Source: Aureliella sp. (lineage in GTDB: Bacteria > Planctomycetota > Planctomycetia > Pirellulales > Pirellulaceae). Taken from it: DNA of 64,000 nucleotides. The notes under the pieces were generated by a model, which saw only the letters and a program-made list of their open reading frames with translations, was not told the DNA's origin and made no database searches. Below are positions 41,158-51,912 of the stretch, piece after piece (within the stretch, counting starts at the first letter, position 1; every line of letters begins with the position of its first letter). The translations under genes were made by a program, and so were the position numbers. The stretch is from the NCBI GenBank assembly GCA_963691875.1, contig OY829846.1, positions 2,848,001-2,912,000 of the forward strand, in the 5' to 3' direction.

Positions 41158-42443
41158 GATTGCGGTTCCTTTTCTTCGCCAGCCTCTACATCTGTCTTAG
41201 TGGCGGTCTCATCCTGAATTGGCGACGTAGTCTCTGTCGGTGCCATTTCAGCCTGCACATCCAATCCTGGACGCACTTTCTGGATGCCCTGGAAGACAAC
41301 GCGTTCTCCTGCTGTGATACCTGAGGTAACGGAACGAAGTTCACCGAACCTCGCACCCAACTCGAGAACTCGCAACTCCGCCTGTCCCTTTGCATTGACG
41401 ACATAGGCGGTCTTGTCTGCCTGATCGGTCGCGATGCATTGCTCTGGGATGAGCACTCCGGTGTATGGCTCCCCCTTTGGTATCCTGACCCTCACAAAGA
41501 GTCCTCCGGTCAAGAAGCGATCTTCGTTCTCGAAAACAGCTCGGATTCGAATCGTTCCCGTAGCTCCGTCCACTCGATTTTCGGCAAAGTCCAGGTAACC
41601 CGAATGTGTAAACTCCGCTTCGTCTTGCAGGCGTAACATGCAAGGGATCTGCAGCGACTTGAGGGCTCCACCCGGCGCGTCCCCCGTACCCTTTTCGCGC
41701 GCTCGGCGTTTGTAGGACAAGACTGATTGCTCGTCGACATCCACATAAGCAAACATTGGCGAGTCTTTGACGATTCGAGTGAGTAGTGTTCCGGCTCCTA
41801 CCCCACCGCTCACCACATTGCCTGGTGTCACAAAAGCTCGATCTGTTCTGCCGGCAATCGGAGCAAGGATCTTCGTGTACTTCACATCCAGGTCCGTTCG
41901 AGCCGCGGCGGCTTCGGCTGCGATAATTTGGCTTCGCGCTTCGCTTACCGCCGCTTCGCTTTCGTCATACTCTGCTTGCGATACGGAGTTCTTTGCAAGC
42001 AGGTCTTTGAACCTTCCGAATGAAGTTTCCGCTAGCTTCAGTTTGGATTTCCAAAGCTGGATATTGGCGAGCGACTGCTCATGGATTGCTTCGTACTCGT
42101 CGGATTCGATTGTGGCTAAAAGTTCGCCTTCCGCGACAAGCTGCCCATCCTGGAAATCAACCGTTTCCAGGAATCCGGAGACACGAGACTGTACCTCTAC
42201 CGTTGCCGAAGGCTCCGTTCGGCCCACAAACTCATCAAAGTCCGTCACCTCCTGGCTGATCGCGTTGACGCAGATCACAACCGGGGGTGGCAAAGTAGGT
42301 TTACCAGTGTCAGAACCAGAAAAGCAACCACCAAGCATCACCCCAGCAAACGCCGTGAAGATTTGAGGTAAACTCCTTGGTTTCGAAGTCTGTAGACTCA
42401 ATGATTGAAGCTGCATTTGTTGGCTTTCATCGCAAAGACGCAA
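41154..42443 (-). CDS. RND periplasmic adaptor (membrane fusion protein)
   Basis: Lipobox-like MLGGC, VQSRVSG, YTKILAPIAG, GTIRIRA and LFVRVR. GTGA overlap with the permease. Start codon uncertain. Confidence 0.92.
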   Translation of the reverse strand: MRLCDESQQMQLQSLSLQTSKPRSLPQIFTAFAGVMLGGCFSGSDTGKPTLPPPVVICVNAISQEVTDFDEFVGRTEPSATVEVQSRVSGFLETVDFQDGQLVAEGELLATIESDEYEAIHEQSLANIQLWKSKLKLAETSFGRFKDLLAKNSVSQAEYDESEAAVSEARSQIIAAEAAAARTDLDVKYTKILAPIAGRTDRAFVTPGNVVSGGVGAGTLLTRIVKDSPMFAYVDVDEQSVLSYKRRAREKGTGDAPGGALKSLQIPCMLRLQDEAEFTHSGYLDFAENRVDGATGTIRIRAVFENEDRFLTGGLFVRVRIPKGEPYTGVLIPEQCIATDQADKTAYVVNAKGQAELRVLELGARFGELRSVTSGITAGERVVFQGIQKVRPGLDVQAEMAPTETTSPIQDETATKTDVEAGEEKEPQS

Positions 42444-42571
42444 TCACACTTGTTTCGCGGCCCTTGCTTAAGAAATTTCTCGTCTAGTATTCATTTGCTG
42501 ATCCCCGCGGCATCGGCCGAAACTGGACCAGCACTTGTGGACTTCTAAAATATATAGAGTGGGGACTAGCT

Positions 42572-43018
42572 TTGGTTTTTCTATTCGGTTTTTTGGGCCT
42601 ACTAACGACTTTTATCTTACATATGGCCGCTGGCTCAGTACTGATCCACTTGCTTCGCAAATCCAAAGATAGGATCGCGAGTTTGCCTTTTGCGGCTCAA
42701 AGCGTCGCAGTTTCAATAGCCGCTTGCTTGCTCGTATTCAAACACCTGGTGGACATCGTGCTTTGGGCTCTGATGCTCCAGCGGCTCAATCCAGAGGGAT
42801 TCGAAAGCTACGCCGAAGCCCTGTACTTTTCGGCGGTTACATACACCGCTCTTGGATACGGCGACATTGTTCTTGACACACACTGGAGGCTGCTGTGTGG
42901 TTTCGAGGCCATCAATGGGCTGATGCTCTTTGGTGTCAGCACCGCCCTACTCTTCATTATCTTTCAACGCTTCTGGCTAATTCATGACTCTTATAATCAA
43001 GAGCACCCTAGCCAGTAA
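42572..43018 (+). CDS. Small potassium channel family protein (Ion_trans_2)
   Basis: Pore helix and filter ALYFSAVTYTALGYGD flanked by TM helices; EAINGLMLFG. Confidence 0.85.
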   Translation: MVFLFGFLGLLTTFILHMAAGSVLIHLLRKSKDRIASLPFAAQSVAVSIAACLLVFKHLVDIVLWALMLQRLNPEGFESYAEALYFSAVTYTALGYGDIVLDTHWRLLCGFEAINGLMLFGVSTALLFIIFQRFWLIHDSYNQEHPSQ

Positions 43019-43037
43019 CTGCCCAAGCTAACGGCGA

Positions 43038-43973
43038 CTAGTAGCTGGCCTTTCGGATACCGCCTACAACATACCCAGGGTAGCGTTTCATAGCTTGGAC
43101 CCCAGCTGCTTGACTGTTCGGCGCAGAAACCATCACCACCATAGGGCGTCCATAACGCCCGCGGGCCGGCGTTAGGCCGACTTGCCAAATGTTCGTAACG
43201 CCAGTTGCTGCTCCCAAGAGTTCTAACTTCAAAAGCTCAACTTGCTTCTGTGCCGCACGATCCCGTTGGTAGGCCATCGCTTGAGCACGCATATAAAAGC
43301 TTTCGCGTTCACGTTCCTTTTCACTCTCATCCTGCGCGAGCCAGTTATCCCAACCTGGTTTCAATACGGCCAAGTCCTTTTCGGAAAACATAAAGAACGG
43401 AACACCAACTTCATCACCAGTCTCAAGCATCATCAAAACGCCTTCGACATCGTACGACTTGGCCTGTCCGCGAAGGGGCTTAGCCCATTCTTCAAGGTCT
43501 TCGATCGTTTCAAGGTTTTTTTTCTCGATTCGAGAAATCGTCTTTAACAGAACTTTTTGTTGAATCGGATTTGCATCCTTGAGCACCTTGTCACCGATCA
43601 TGATCTTGCCACGCTTGCGGGCGATAACAAGTTTCTTCTTGCCGTACTGAAGGACTCGGCCACGAACTTTCAATCCATCGGCGCCGGTCCAAACCTGCAT
43701 CTCATCTGCCGACTTCTTGGCCGACTCTTGCGTGCTCTTTGACTTGATGAACTCGTTGTCCTTCTCGCAAAGGGCGGAGAGCTCTACAGCAACGAGTTTA
43801 CCGTCCTCCTTCTTTAGGACGACCGTTTCGTCGCTAAAGGCGACGACTTCAGCTTTGAGCTTGTAGATCCCGTTGGCAGATACCCACTCTCGCTCCTTCG
43901 ACCAAGCTATGGGAGCGCATAGATTGCACAGGACTAATCCGCAAAGAACCTTGAACGCAATTGGCCGTAACAT
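43038..43973 (-). CDS. Secreted SHD1 (SLA1 homology domain 1) protein
   Basis: Signal peptide followed by REWVSANG..LKAE......VVLKKEDGK.V.V....L...D..FI. Confidence 0.75.
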   Translation of the reverse strand: MLRPIAFKVLCGLVLCNLCAPIAWSKEREWVSANGIYKLKAEVVAFSDETVVLKKEDGKLVAVELSALCEKDNEFIKSKSTQESAKKSADEMQVWTGADGLKVRGRVLQYGKKKLVIARKRGKIMIGDKVLKDANPIQQKVLLKTISRIEKKNLETIEDLEEWAKPLRGQAKSYDVEGVLMMLETGDEVGVPFFMFSEKDLAVLKPGWDNWLAQDESEKERERESFYMRAQAMAYQRDRAAQKQVELLKLELLGAATGVTNIWQVGLTPARGRYGRPMVVMVSAPNSQAAGVQAMKRYPGYVVGGIRKASY

Positions 43974-44020
43974 CTCGAAGTTACTCCTGCAGGTTTGGTA
44001 TTAACAATTCTAGGTCGAAC

Positions 44021-45454
44021 CTAGAAGGCAATCTTGTACTTGTCCGTCATCTTGCGTCGCGTCTCAGCGGTCAGCTTATCGATTTCCGCCAGAGCCTCTT
44101 TGAAACTCCCGAACGCGCCGGCTCGCTGCTGCGCTCCAATGGACGCTTGAGACCGCGCTCGGCTATAGGCGTTGCCTCCGTAGTAGCCGCCTCCGTACCC
44201 GCCGTAGTAATATTCGCCACCATAACCTGCGTTGGAAGCCTGAAGTTGCCCAGCAGCTACATTGCCCTTTTGAATTGCGACCGCGTTACCCCGCAGCATC
44301 TGTGCAACGGCTGCACCGTAGTCGGAAAGTTCAGGATCGACGTTCAGGGTGCTTAGCTCTTCAATTCGGCGAGCTTGCTGGTCGTTCCACTTCGCGCGAT
44401 AGCCGGTTGTCTGCGCTTTGTACTTGCGTACTCGCTCTATGTAGGCAGTGACTTTGTCAAAGTACTGCTTGGACTTGTAAGCAACTAAATTCTCTTGACG
44501 GATCTCGGCCTTGGAACTCGAATCCGCGATCTGCGATGCGTGATCTTGCAAACTTAGAATTCCGAGGACGGAGTCCAATGTTTGTTCGCTGATTGGCCCC
44601 TGATACTGGATCGAGTTCCCTTTGACGCTGGTCTTCCAACTTGCAATCTCGGGGGCACTCGTACCATTCTTGTTTAGGATCTCGGTCAGCAACGCGTTTG
44701 CGATGGGCAGAATCGCTTCGGGCGACATCGAGTGTTCGATCTCAAGAATGCACTCCGATAAGCTCCTTCGTCCAACGATGATGGAAATCCCTTGGACACT
44801 CGCCATGATTTCGGCCATCTTCTTCTTGTCCTGGCCCTTCATCGTTTCAAGTCCTGCAATTCTCTGCTCGAGGCCGACTGGTGAGAAACGATTGGCAACA
44901 TCGACCGCCATCATGAAGGACAGGTATCCCTCCGGGCGAACCGCCTGTTTGGCTAGATAATCTGAAACACGAGCGCCACCGGATGATTCATCCGCCCAAG
45001 TCGCAAGCATGGACCTGTCCGCTGGTCGCATAAATCCAAGCCGGCCCTCTTCAAGCGGAACGAGGTAGCTTTCCATAGGTGTTTTGACGACTTCTTTACC
45101 AGCCACCGAGTCGACGTACCCCTTCAGTCCCGCGGCAAGCGCGGCTGTATCGACGGCTGTGGCCATTTTCGCATAGCCAACTTCCCACTTGGGCGTCACG
45201 GAATCCAAATCTAGGTCTGCAATCGCCCAAACTTCTTCAACACTCGAACGCAGGCCGCCCGTCATACCCGCATCCTTCATTAGCTTGGACAGTGCTGGCG
45301 GGTTGACGTACAAAACCGTGTTCGCCCGAGATGGGGCTTTCTTCAGGATTCCCGGCAGCTTTGGTTCCTGCGCGGTCAGCGTGCTTAGCAATAGAAAACA
45401 AATGGAGAACGGAAGCATGAGAAGCATAGAGAGCTTAACGGTGCGCGTTGACAT
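44021..45454 (-). CDS. Hypothetical secreted protein
   Basis: 477 aa ORF with a signal peptide and a Gly/Tyr-rich C-terminal segment; co-oriented with the SHD1 gene. Confidence 0.75.
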   Translation of the reverse strand: MSTRTVKLSMLLMLPFSICFLLLSTLTAQEPKLPGILKKAPSRANTVLYVNPPALSKLMKDAGMTGGLRSSVEEVWAIADLDLDSVTPKWEVGYAKMATAVDTAALAAGLKGYVDSVAGKEVVKTPMESYLVPLEEGRLGFMRPADRSMLATWADESSGGARVSDYLAKQAVRPEGYLSFMMAVDVANRFSPVGLEQRIAGLETMKGQDKKKMAEIMASVQGISIIVGRRSLSECILEIEHSMSPEAILPIANALLTEILNKNGTSAPEIASWKTSVKGNSIQYQGPISEQTLDSVLGILSLQDHASQIADSSSKAEIRQENLVAYKSKQYFDKVTAYIERVRKYKAQTTGYRAKWNDQQARRIEELSTLNVDPELSDYGAAVAQMLRGNAVAIQKGNVAAGQLQASNAGYGGEYYYGGYGGGYYGGNAYSRARSQASIGAQQRAGAFGSFKEALAEIDKLTAETRRKMTDKYKIAF

Positions 45455-46439
45455 GAAAGCGGCCTCATTGATAGGCAGTAGCGGGTCTTAACAAGCTGTT
45501 ACTGTAGCCGAGCGACAGTTGATTTCCACCCATAAACGCTTATTCGATCCCCAAGATTTCCTCCAAGAACGTTGCCAATTGCCGCCTCGGGGTGTGCTTG
45601 GTAACGACATATGACCCTTGAGGCCTAAAAACCCGAAAGTTTATGTTAGATTTGAGCTTGTTGAGCTTCGAGGTGAGCCCGATAGCTTGGTCTCGGCCGA
45701 GGTGATAGTCGGAAAGTGGCGGCTTTGGCTCGAATCGACGGCGCTAGTGTTGCCCGGTCAGCGGTGAACCCATCAGCCCCGGCCCGTTTGTTCGAAGCAG
45801 CAGCGTGAGCAGGGCGCGGTCTGCGCAGCGACATTAACCGGGAAGACCACAAGCTTTTCAACGCCGATGACCTCGTATCGCCAAAGTACCCCAACGGTAG
45901 TTCACCACGGTAAGGATTCAGTCGGATGCGTTAGTCGGTCTGCAGCAAGATCTGGCACGCCAGCATGACTGGTTAAGAGTCGTTACGAAAACCGTTGCCT
46001 CCACAATGCGTTTCTCTTTACTGAGTGCCACCGGTGGCAGAAGCGATTCATAGCACGCTGTTATGTGAGGTGAACGCGCTTTTTACTTTACAAAACGACG
46101 GACGGTCATTCCCGAGTGAGGAATCGTTCTCATATCTCGAGCTCCAGCCCTCTAAATTGTTCCTCGGGCCAGGTGCGTGTTGCTAACGCAGTAAAACATC
46201 TCGGGGACATTGAAACGCTCTCTCCGCAACAGTGGCCGACGCTTCGGAAAGCGCAGTGAGAACTCACATTTCTGCCAGCACGCTGGAAACATCGGCCTCG
46301 GAGTCGCGTGCCGAGCACCGGCAGACCCAATTCTAGGAAAACGAGCGGCCTAAATTTCCCACTGTCGTGTCGGGTAGCAGAGAGCAATGGCGGTTGACAG
46401 GTCAGAGGAGTAAGCGCGCCCCTTCAACCGTGAGACAAT

Positions 46440-46994
46440 ATGGACGAAGCGCGCACTATTAACGACATACAATTTAAATCTCTATCATCCAACGACGACG
46501 ACGCACGATCCAAGCGAAAGCCCATTTTTCATTTCTGGCGATGCTTCTGGCTGACATTTCTAGTGATTTCACTCGCCTACTCCTAGTACAGTTTCTACGT
46601 TCCCACCAATGGGATTACCTGGGCAAAAGACTTTGCTGCGGCGCAACGGCGATCAGCTGAGGCCAGCAAACCAATGATTCTTTTCTTCACCGGCACGTGG
46701 TGTGTCCCCTGCCGAATAATGAAGCGTCAGGTGTGGGCTGATGAGCAGGTGATGGCATTGGTCAATCGGCAATTCGTCCCCGTTGCAATTGACGTGAACG
46801 ACCCAAAGAACGCTGAGATGGTGGCGCATTACAAGATCGAGGGCTCTCCAGTCACCATAATCACCGATTCGCAGGGGAATGTATTTGACTGGCGAGCGGG
46901 CGGAATTAGCAGATCTGAATTCCTCGAATTGCTTGATTTGTCGAATCCCGCCGGTGACAAGAATTCGTCAAGCGAACGCAAACAGAACGGCTAA
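46440..46994 (+). pseudogene. Membrane-anchored thioredoxin-family protein with an in-frame stop
   Basis: ATG at 46440 is in frame with the WCVPC domain. A TAG at 46584-46586 falls at the end of the TM anchor (LAYS*YSFYVP), and the typical ITWAKDFAAAQ...KP segment lies upstream of the predicted 46674 start. Confidence 0.75.
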
Positions 46995-47074
46995 ACACTA
47001 AGCCTTTAATATCAAACTTATGCATCGAACGAACAGCTTTGGCAGTGCATTTTCTCGACGCCAGTTACTAGCGC

Positions 47075-47497
47075 ATGGGGCGGCCCAAGCTCCGGCTGAC
47101 TCAAAAGGACGCACAATCGCTAAAAAGTTATGAATGGCCGATAAACATTCGCGAACTCCAGAACCTATTTCAGCGGGCAACCATCACGACCAAGGAGAAG
47201 CAGCTTCAGCTGCCGAGCAACGGGCAGGTGTCTACAGATTTAGCGAGAGAAGAAATGCGAGATTCGTCTGGCGAGTTACTTACCGAATCCCAGTTGCGGC
47301 AACTCGAATGCCCAAACGTGCTAAACGCGCTGATGATCACAAACGGTAAAGTGTCTCGTTCTGGTGGCGTTGCCGAGTTGTTTGATATCAAGGCGAGTAC
47401 ACTTACGTCTCGAATGTGGAAGATGAACATTTGCTTTTTGCGTGAGTATCAGGTCCCCATTGAGATTGCGGGAGAAAATTTGAATACTAGGTTTTAG
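47075..47497 (+). pseudogene. C-terminal remnant of a sigma-54-dependent (FhlA/NtrC-like) activator
   Basis: YEWPINIRELQNLFQRA (decayed WPGNIREL) and HTH GGVAELFDIKASTLTSRM. No Walker A or GAFTGA motif. Confidence 0.75.
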
Positions 47498-47649
47498 AAC
47501 TGGCATATTCCAAGTTTTACGCGACCAGTTGCGTCTGGTCGACTCAAGAAACTTTAGGCCGAAGAGTATGTAGAAGCGCCAGTGAAATATGACCGCGTTG
47601 GCTTGATTAAGATATTCTGATTGAATTTGTTCAACGGAGGCTGAATGAC

Positions 47650-50466
47650 TTGAATACCCCAAAACACCTCGCGCTGCCTGCCTTCGCTGTCCTACTCTGT
47701 GGCCTAACGATCGGACAAGAGGTTCCAACGGATCCTCAGCAGTTGAAAGCAGCCTCCACAATGTACCAGCGGGAAATCCAACCACTGTTGGAAAAGCACT
47801 GCATTGATTGCCACGGCCCGGAATTGCAGAAGGCCATGCTTCGCCTCGATTTGCTTGATCCGACCTTCGCCGGACCAGCGGCCGAGACTTGGCAGGATGT
47901 TCTAAACAAATTGAGTATCGGAGAAATGCCTCCGGAAGATCGGCCGATCGACACTGACTCGCGTCGCAAACTAGTAAGCTGGCTTCGTGCTGGTCTTGAT
48001 CGGGTAGCACGGGAACGAAAGGGAAGCCGAAACCAGACTGTGTTGCGACGCTTGACGCGATACGAATACAACAACACGCTGCGCGACTTGTTGGGTATCG
48101 ATCTGGATTTTGCTAGGGACCTTCCACCTGAGCCATTGTCTGCGGATGGTTTCAAGAACAATGGTGCAGCCCTCGGCATTTCGCCTTTGCAGATGGAGTA
48201 CTACTTGAAAGCAGCTCGGTTGGCGATGGACAAGGCAATCGTTGAAGGACCGGCGCCGCAGGTGCACAAGCATCGTTTCGAGAAGTCCTCGTCAGGCACC
48301 GCTCGAAGAAACGAATTCGTCACTGGCAATCGGCTGCCTCCCCAAGGAAGATTCATTGGAAAGATGCTTGAGTATCCGCGAGAGGGCGAGTTCGTGGTGC
48401 GAGTGAAGGCCGGCGCTTCGATCCCCGAAGGAATGGGCGTCCCGACAATGAGCCTTGCTCTCGGGCTACGAGCTGATACACGAAGTCCGTCGAAGACTTT
48501 GGGCGAAGCAGATGTTCGAAATACGGAAGCCGAGAAGCAGCTCTATGAATTCCGTGGTCGGATTGAAGAATTCCCACTACCCGGTCACAACCCAAAGTTT
48601 CCGGGCGTGACCATCACACTCACTAACATCTATGACGATGGTTTGAAAACGCCGAAGCCCGGCAAGTTCAAGGGAATCGCGCTGAGCGCTGAACAGAAGA
48701 AACTGGCAGCCGCTGCCACAAAAAAGAACACGCCAACTCTTCCGATCGGCGAAATCAGACGGGTCAAAGGCAACGCAGCGGTGACTAGCTTTGTGAGGTC
48801 CAGCGGCAAGCTTCAGCGAAAGATTGAAGAGTTGCGTCTCCTCTCGCCCGAGCACAAGAACCAGACGGACTTGGCGTACCGCTTGTACGACGTCCAGCAA
48901 GCCTTTGATCAAGAGTCTGAGCTGATCGAGAAAGTTTCTAAAACTCTGAATGAAGATCCGAGCGCTTTCCTATCGCGATTTCTAAGCTCGAACGAGGCGC
49001 TGCTTGCCGATCGACAGAAGGTAGTCGATCGGTTTAGGGCGATCACACCAATCGATCGCAAAACCAAGCAATTAGTGGGAGCTGAAGCCGGTCCTCCGCG
49101 TGCCACTATCGTGATCGACTACCTCGAGTTTGAAGGGCCACTTTACAAATCTTGGCCACCTGAACATCACACTCGCTTATTGCCGCCGTCCAACGCGTCA
49201 GAGCGAGATCGGGCAGAGCAAGCGATCAGAGCCTTCATGACCCGAGCCTATCGGCGGCCGATCACCGACGGAGACGTTTTTCCAGTGATGTCAGTCTACG
49301 ATGAGATCCGGCCCGAATCACCTTCCTTTGAAGAAGCCATGCGCGAGTCACTGACGATGGTGCTAATCTCGCCGGAGTTCCTCTACTTGATCGAGCCCAC
49401 CGACGACAAGCCTCGGCCCTTGAGCCAGCACGAACTGGCTTCACGTCTGTCATACTTCCTCTGGTCCACCCTGCCCGACGATCGACTCATGGCGTTGGCA
49501 AACTCCGGTCAACTAAGAGCCCCCGCCGTGATGGCCGAGCAGGTTCGCGCGATGATCGCCGATGCTCGTTCGCAGAACTTTGTGGAACACTTTACGAACC
49601 AATGGCTGGACCTTGGTGGGCTAGACCGCGTCGCAATCAATCCGAACTACTATCCCGCTTTCGACGACCGCCTAAAACCGATGATGAAGCGAGAGACCCA
49701 GGCCTTCTTTGGAGAAGTACTCCGCAAGAACCTGAGCGCGCTGAACTTGATCGACTCGGACTTCGCCATGCTCAACGAGCCGCTGGCGAAACACTACGGT
49801 GTCTCCAACGAGGACGGTAGCCCGGTTGGAAGTGCATTTGAGCGTGTGGCCTTAACACCCACAAGCAAGCGTGGTGGTTTGCTTACTCAGGGCAGTTTCC
49901 TGATGATCAACTCGAACGGGGAGGATTCGCACCCAATCCGTCGGGCGGTTTGGGTCCTTGACCGACTGCTCGATGATCCACCGGCGCCTCCGCCGCCTGA
50001 TGTTCCCGAACTCGACGCTGAACAGCCAGACCTTGCCACTTTGCCTCTCAAGAAACAGCTCGAATTGCACCGCACGAAAGAAGCATGCAATGACTGCCAT
50101 CGCGGCATCGATCCCTGGGGTATTGCATTTGAATCGTTCGACGCTGTCGGGCTTCGCCGCGAATCAGTACTCCGCAGGATTGGAAAGAAGTCGGTGATGG
50201 GGCCATTGGACGATAGAGCCATCTTGCCCAACAAGACTGAGATAGATGGGGTGGAGGGCCTCAAGAAGTATTTGCTCCATAACGAAAGAGACCGTTTCTC
50301 AAGGGCTCTAGTATCGAAGCTTCTGGCCTACGGGATGGGCCGCTCGCTGGTGCTTGAAGACCGGTCGACCATTGAGTCGTTAGTCAGAACTTTTAAGAAG
50401 AATAACTTCTGTCTAAGCGATTTGGTTGTCGCAATTACCCAGAGTGAGGCGTTTCAAAACAAGTAA
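47650..50466 (+). CDS. DUF1592 family protein (planctomycete cytochrome c domain plus DUF1587/1595/1592/1588/1585)
   Basis: Signal peptide, CIDCHG, LRRLTRYEYNNTLRDLLG, RAYRRP, ELASRLSYFLWS, RGGLLTQ..SHPIRR.VW, CNDCH..IDPWG and YGMGR. Confidence 0.9.
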   Translation: MNTPKHLALPAFAVLLCGLTIGQEVPTDPQQLKAASTMYQREIQPLLEKHCIDCHGPELQKAMLRLDLLDPTFAGPAAETWQDVLNKLSIGEMPPEDRPIDTDSRRKLVSWLRAGLDRVARERKGSRNQTVLRRLTRYEYNNTLRDLLGIDLDFARDLPPEPLSADGFKNNGAALGISPLQMEYYLKAARLAMDKAIVEGPAPQVHKHRFEKSSSGTARRNEFVTGNRLPPQGRFIGKMLEYPREGEFVVRVKAGASIPEGMGVPTMSLALGLRADTRSPSKTLGEADVRNTEAEKQLYEFRGRIEEFPLPGHNPKFPGVTITLTNIYDDGLKTPKPGKFKGIALSAEQKKLAAAATKKNTPTLPIGEIRRVKGNAAVTSFVRSSGKLQRKIEELRLLSPEHKNQTDLAYRLYDVQQAFDQESELIEKVSKTLNEDPSAFLSRFLSSNEALLADRQKVVDRFRAITPIDRKTKQLVGAEAGPPRATIVIDYLEFEGPLYKSWPPEHHTRLLPPSNASERDRAEQAIRAFMTRAYRRPITDGDVFPVMSVYDEIRPESPSFEEAMRESLTMVLISPEFLYLIEPTDDKPRPLSQHELASRLSYFLWSTLPDDRLMALANSGQLRAPAVMAEQVRAMIADARSQNFVEHFTNQWLDLGGLDRVAINPNYYPAFDDRLKPMMKRETQAFFGEVLRKNLSALNLIDSDFAMLNEPLAKHYGVSNEDGSPVGSAFERVALTPTSKRGGLLTQGSFLMINSNGEDSHPIRRAVWVLDRLLDDPPAPPPPDVPELDAEQPDLATLPLKKQLELHRTKEACNDCHRGIDPWGIAFESFDAVGLRRESVLRRIGKKSVMGPLDDRAILPNKTEIDGVEGLKKYLLHNERDRFSRALVSKLLAYGMGRSLVLEDRSTIESLVRTFKKNNFCLSDLVVAITQSEAFQNK

Positions 50467-50550
50467 ACTGGACGAGAGAAAGTTTCGAAAGTTTGCTGGC
50501 GAATCGGGTTACCCGAATCTTGAAACCACATAGCACCTGAAAGTTTTTAC

Positions 50551-51888
50551 ATGACACAGAAATCGTGGCATCTTGATCGGCGAATGTTTCTGCGTGGCAC
50601 GGGAGTCGCTATGGCTCTGCCTTGGCTGGAAGGCATGGCAGCGGGTGCCGCGTTGAAGACTGAGCTACCCAAGCGGCTTTGTGCAGTGTACTGGCCCTTC
50701 GGCGTCGTGGCTGCTCCTGGAGAAAGCGAACGCAACTGGGGGTGGTTTCCCACTGGGACGGGCAAAGACTTCCAGTTCACGGATGTGCTCAGTTCATTGG
50801 AGCCGCTGCGCGAGGACGTCACCGTGATTGGTGGTATTTCGCATCCAAGTGGCTGGTCGATGGGCGGCCACGATACGGGGGACATCTTCCTCACGGGCGC
50901 GAAGCTGGACTCAGGTTCCTTTGTAAATACGATCTCGCTGGACCAGTTTGCGGCAGAGCAAATTGGTAGAGACACGCGATTTGGTTCGCTAACACTTTCC
51001 AGTGATGGAGGTGTGGGAGAGCCGACGCGATCGATGACGCTCGCTTTTTCTCGTGAGGGTCGACCGATACCGGCGCTTTCCAGCCCGAGGCAGATCTTCA
51101 ATCGATTGTTTGGTAAGGAACAGGGGGCAAGCGCTCAGAAACAGAAGCGACGGTTGGAGAACGCCACGAGCATTCTGGATAGAGTCTTGGAGCATTCCAA
51201 GTCTTTGAACCAACGTTTGGGTAAGCAGGACCAACAGAAGCTCGACGAGTATCTGGCTTCCGTGCGTGCTGTGGAGCAACGAATTGATCGGGCTGAGGCT
51301 TGGCTGGGCATTCCGAAGCCCCAAGTGGATGAAACTTTTCTCAACATGGATGCCACGCAGGAAGGACCGAAAGAATACATCAAGGCGATGTACGACCTGA
51401 TGTCACTGGCTTTCCGTACCGACTCTACTCGTATTGCAACTTACATGCTGGGGCAGGTCGCCGGTGCCACTACGATTGCCAACGCGTTTCCGGCCTGCCT
51501 AGGGCTGGAGGGCAACTGGCATGGTCTAGCACACGGTGCCGGTAAGAAGGGCGGAGCCGAAAAACTGGGCCGGTTCGATCAATTCCTGGCGCGCAACCAC
51601 GCTCGGTTTCTCCAAAGTTTGGCCGAAGCACAGGAAGGAGAAGGATCGGTTCTCGACCGGACGCTTGTTCTTTACGGATCAAGCAACAGCCGCACGCACA
51701 ACAACCACAACTATCCGCTTTTGCTTGCCGGCGGTAGCGGGTTGGGTGTTAAACACGGGCAATATCTTCGCTACAACGAAAAGGACATGAGGCTCTCGAA
51801 TCTTTTCCTCACGATGTTGGACCGGTTGGGAGTGTCGACGGATCGCTTTGCCGACAGTACAGGCGAGTTCTCTGATATTCTTGCTTGA
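50551..51888 (+). CDS. DUF1552 family protein
   Basis: Tat-like DRRMFLRG...ALPWLE, ISLDQ, SILD.V......LG..D..KLDEY..SVR, AFRTDSTR and LLLAG. Confidence 0.9.
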   Translation: MTQKSWHLDRRMFLRGTGVAMALPWLEGMAAGAALKTELPKRLCAVYWPFGVVAAPGESERNWGWFPTGTGKDFQFTDVLSSLEPLREDVTVIGGISHPSGWSMGGHDTGDIFLTGAKLDSGSFVNTISLDQFAAEQIGRDTRFGSLTLSSDGGVGEPTRSMTLAFSREGRPIPALSSPRQIFNRLFGKEQGASAQKQKRRLENATSILDRVLEHSKSLNQRLGKQDQQKLDEYLASVRAVEQRIDRAEAWLGIPKPQVDETFLNMDATQEGPKEYIKAMYDLMSLAFRTDSTRIATYMLGQVAGATTIANAFPACLGLEGNWHGLAHGAGKKGGAEKLGRFDQFLARNHARFLQSLAEAQEGEGSVLDRTLVLYGSSNSRTHNNHNYPLLLAGGSGLGVKHGQYLRYNEKDMRLSNLFLTMLDRLGVSTDRFADSTGEFSDILA

Positions 51889-51912
51889 TTCACCCCTTCG
51901 GAGCTTCAAAAG

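Noticed and set aside
46026..46039. Perfect 14 bp palindrome tgccaccggtggca
   Set aside because: Single copy in a decayed intergenic region with no associated regulator; compatible with chance.
28094..46586. Amber recoding suggested by in-frame TAG at probable Trp positions (28094, 46584)
   Set aside because: TAG terminates normal genes here (fumC, the peptidase fusion, jetB), the only tRNA seen is Arg(TCG), TGG-to-TAG is a common transition, and the DUF1559 copy also has frameshifts.
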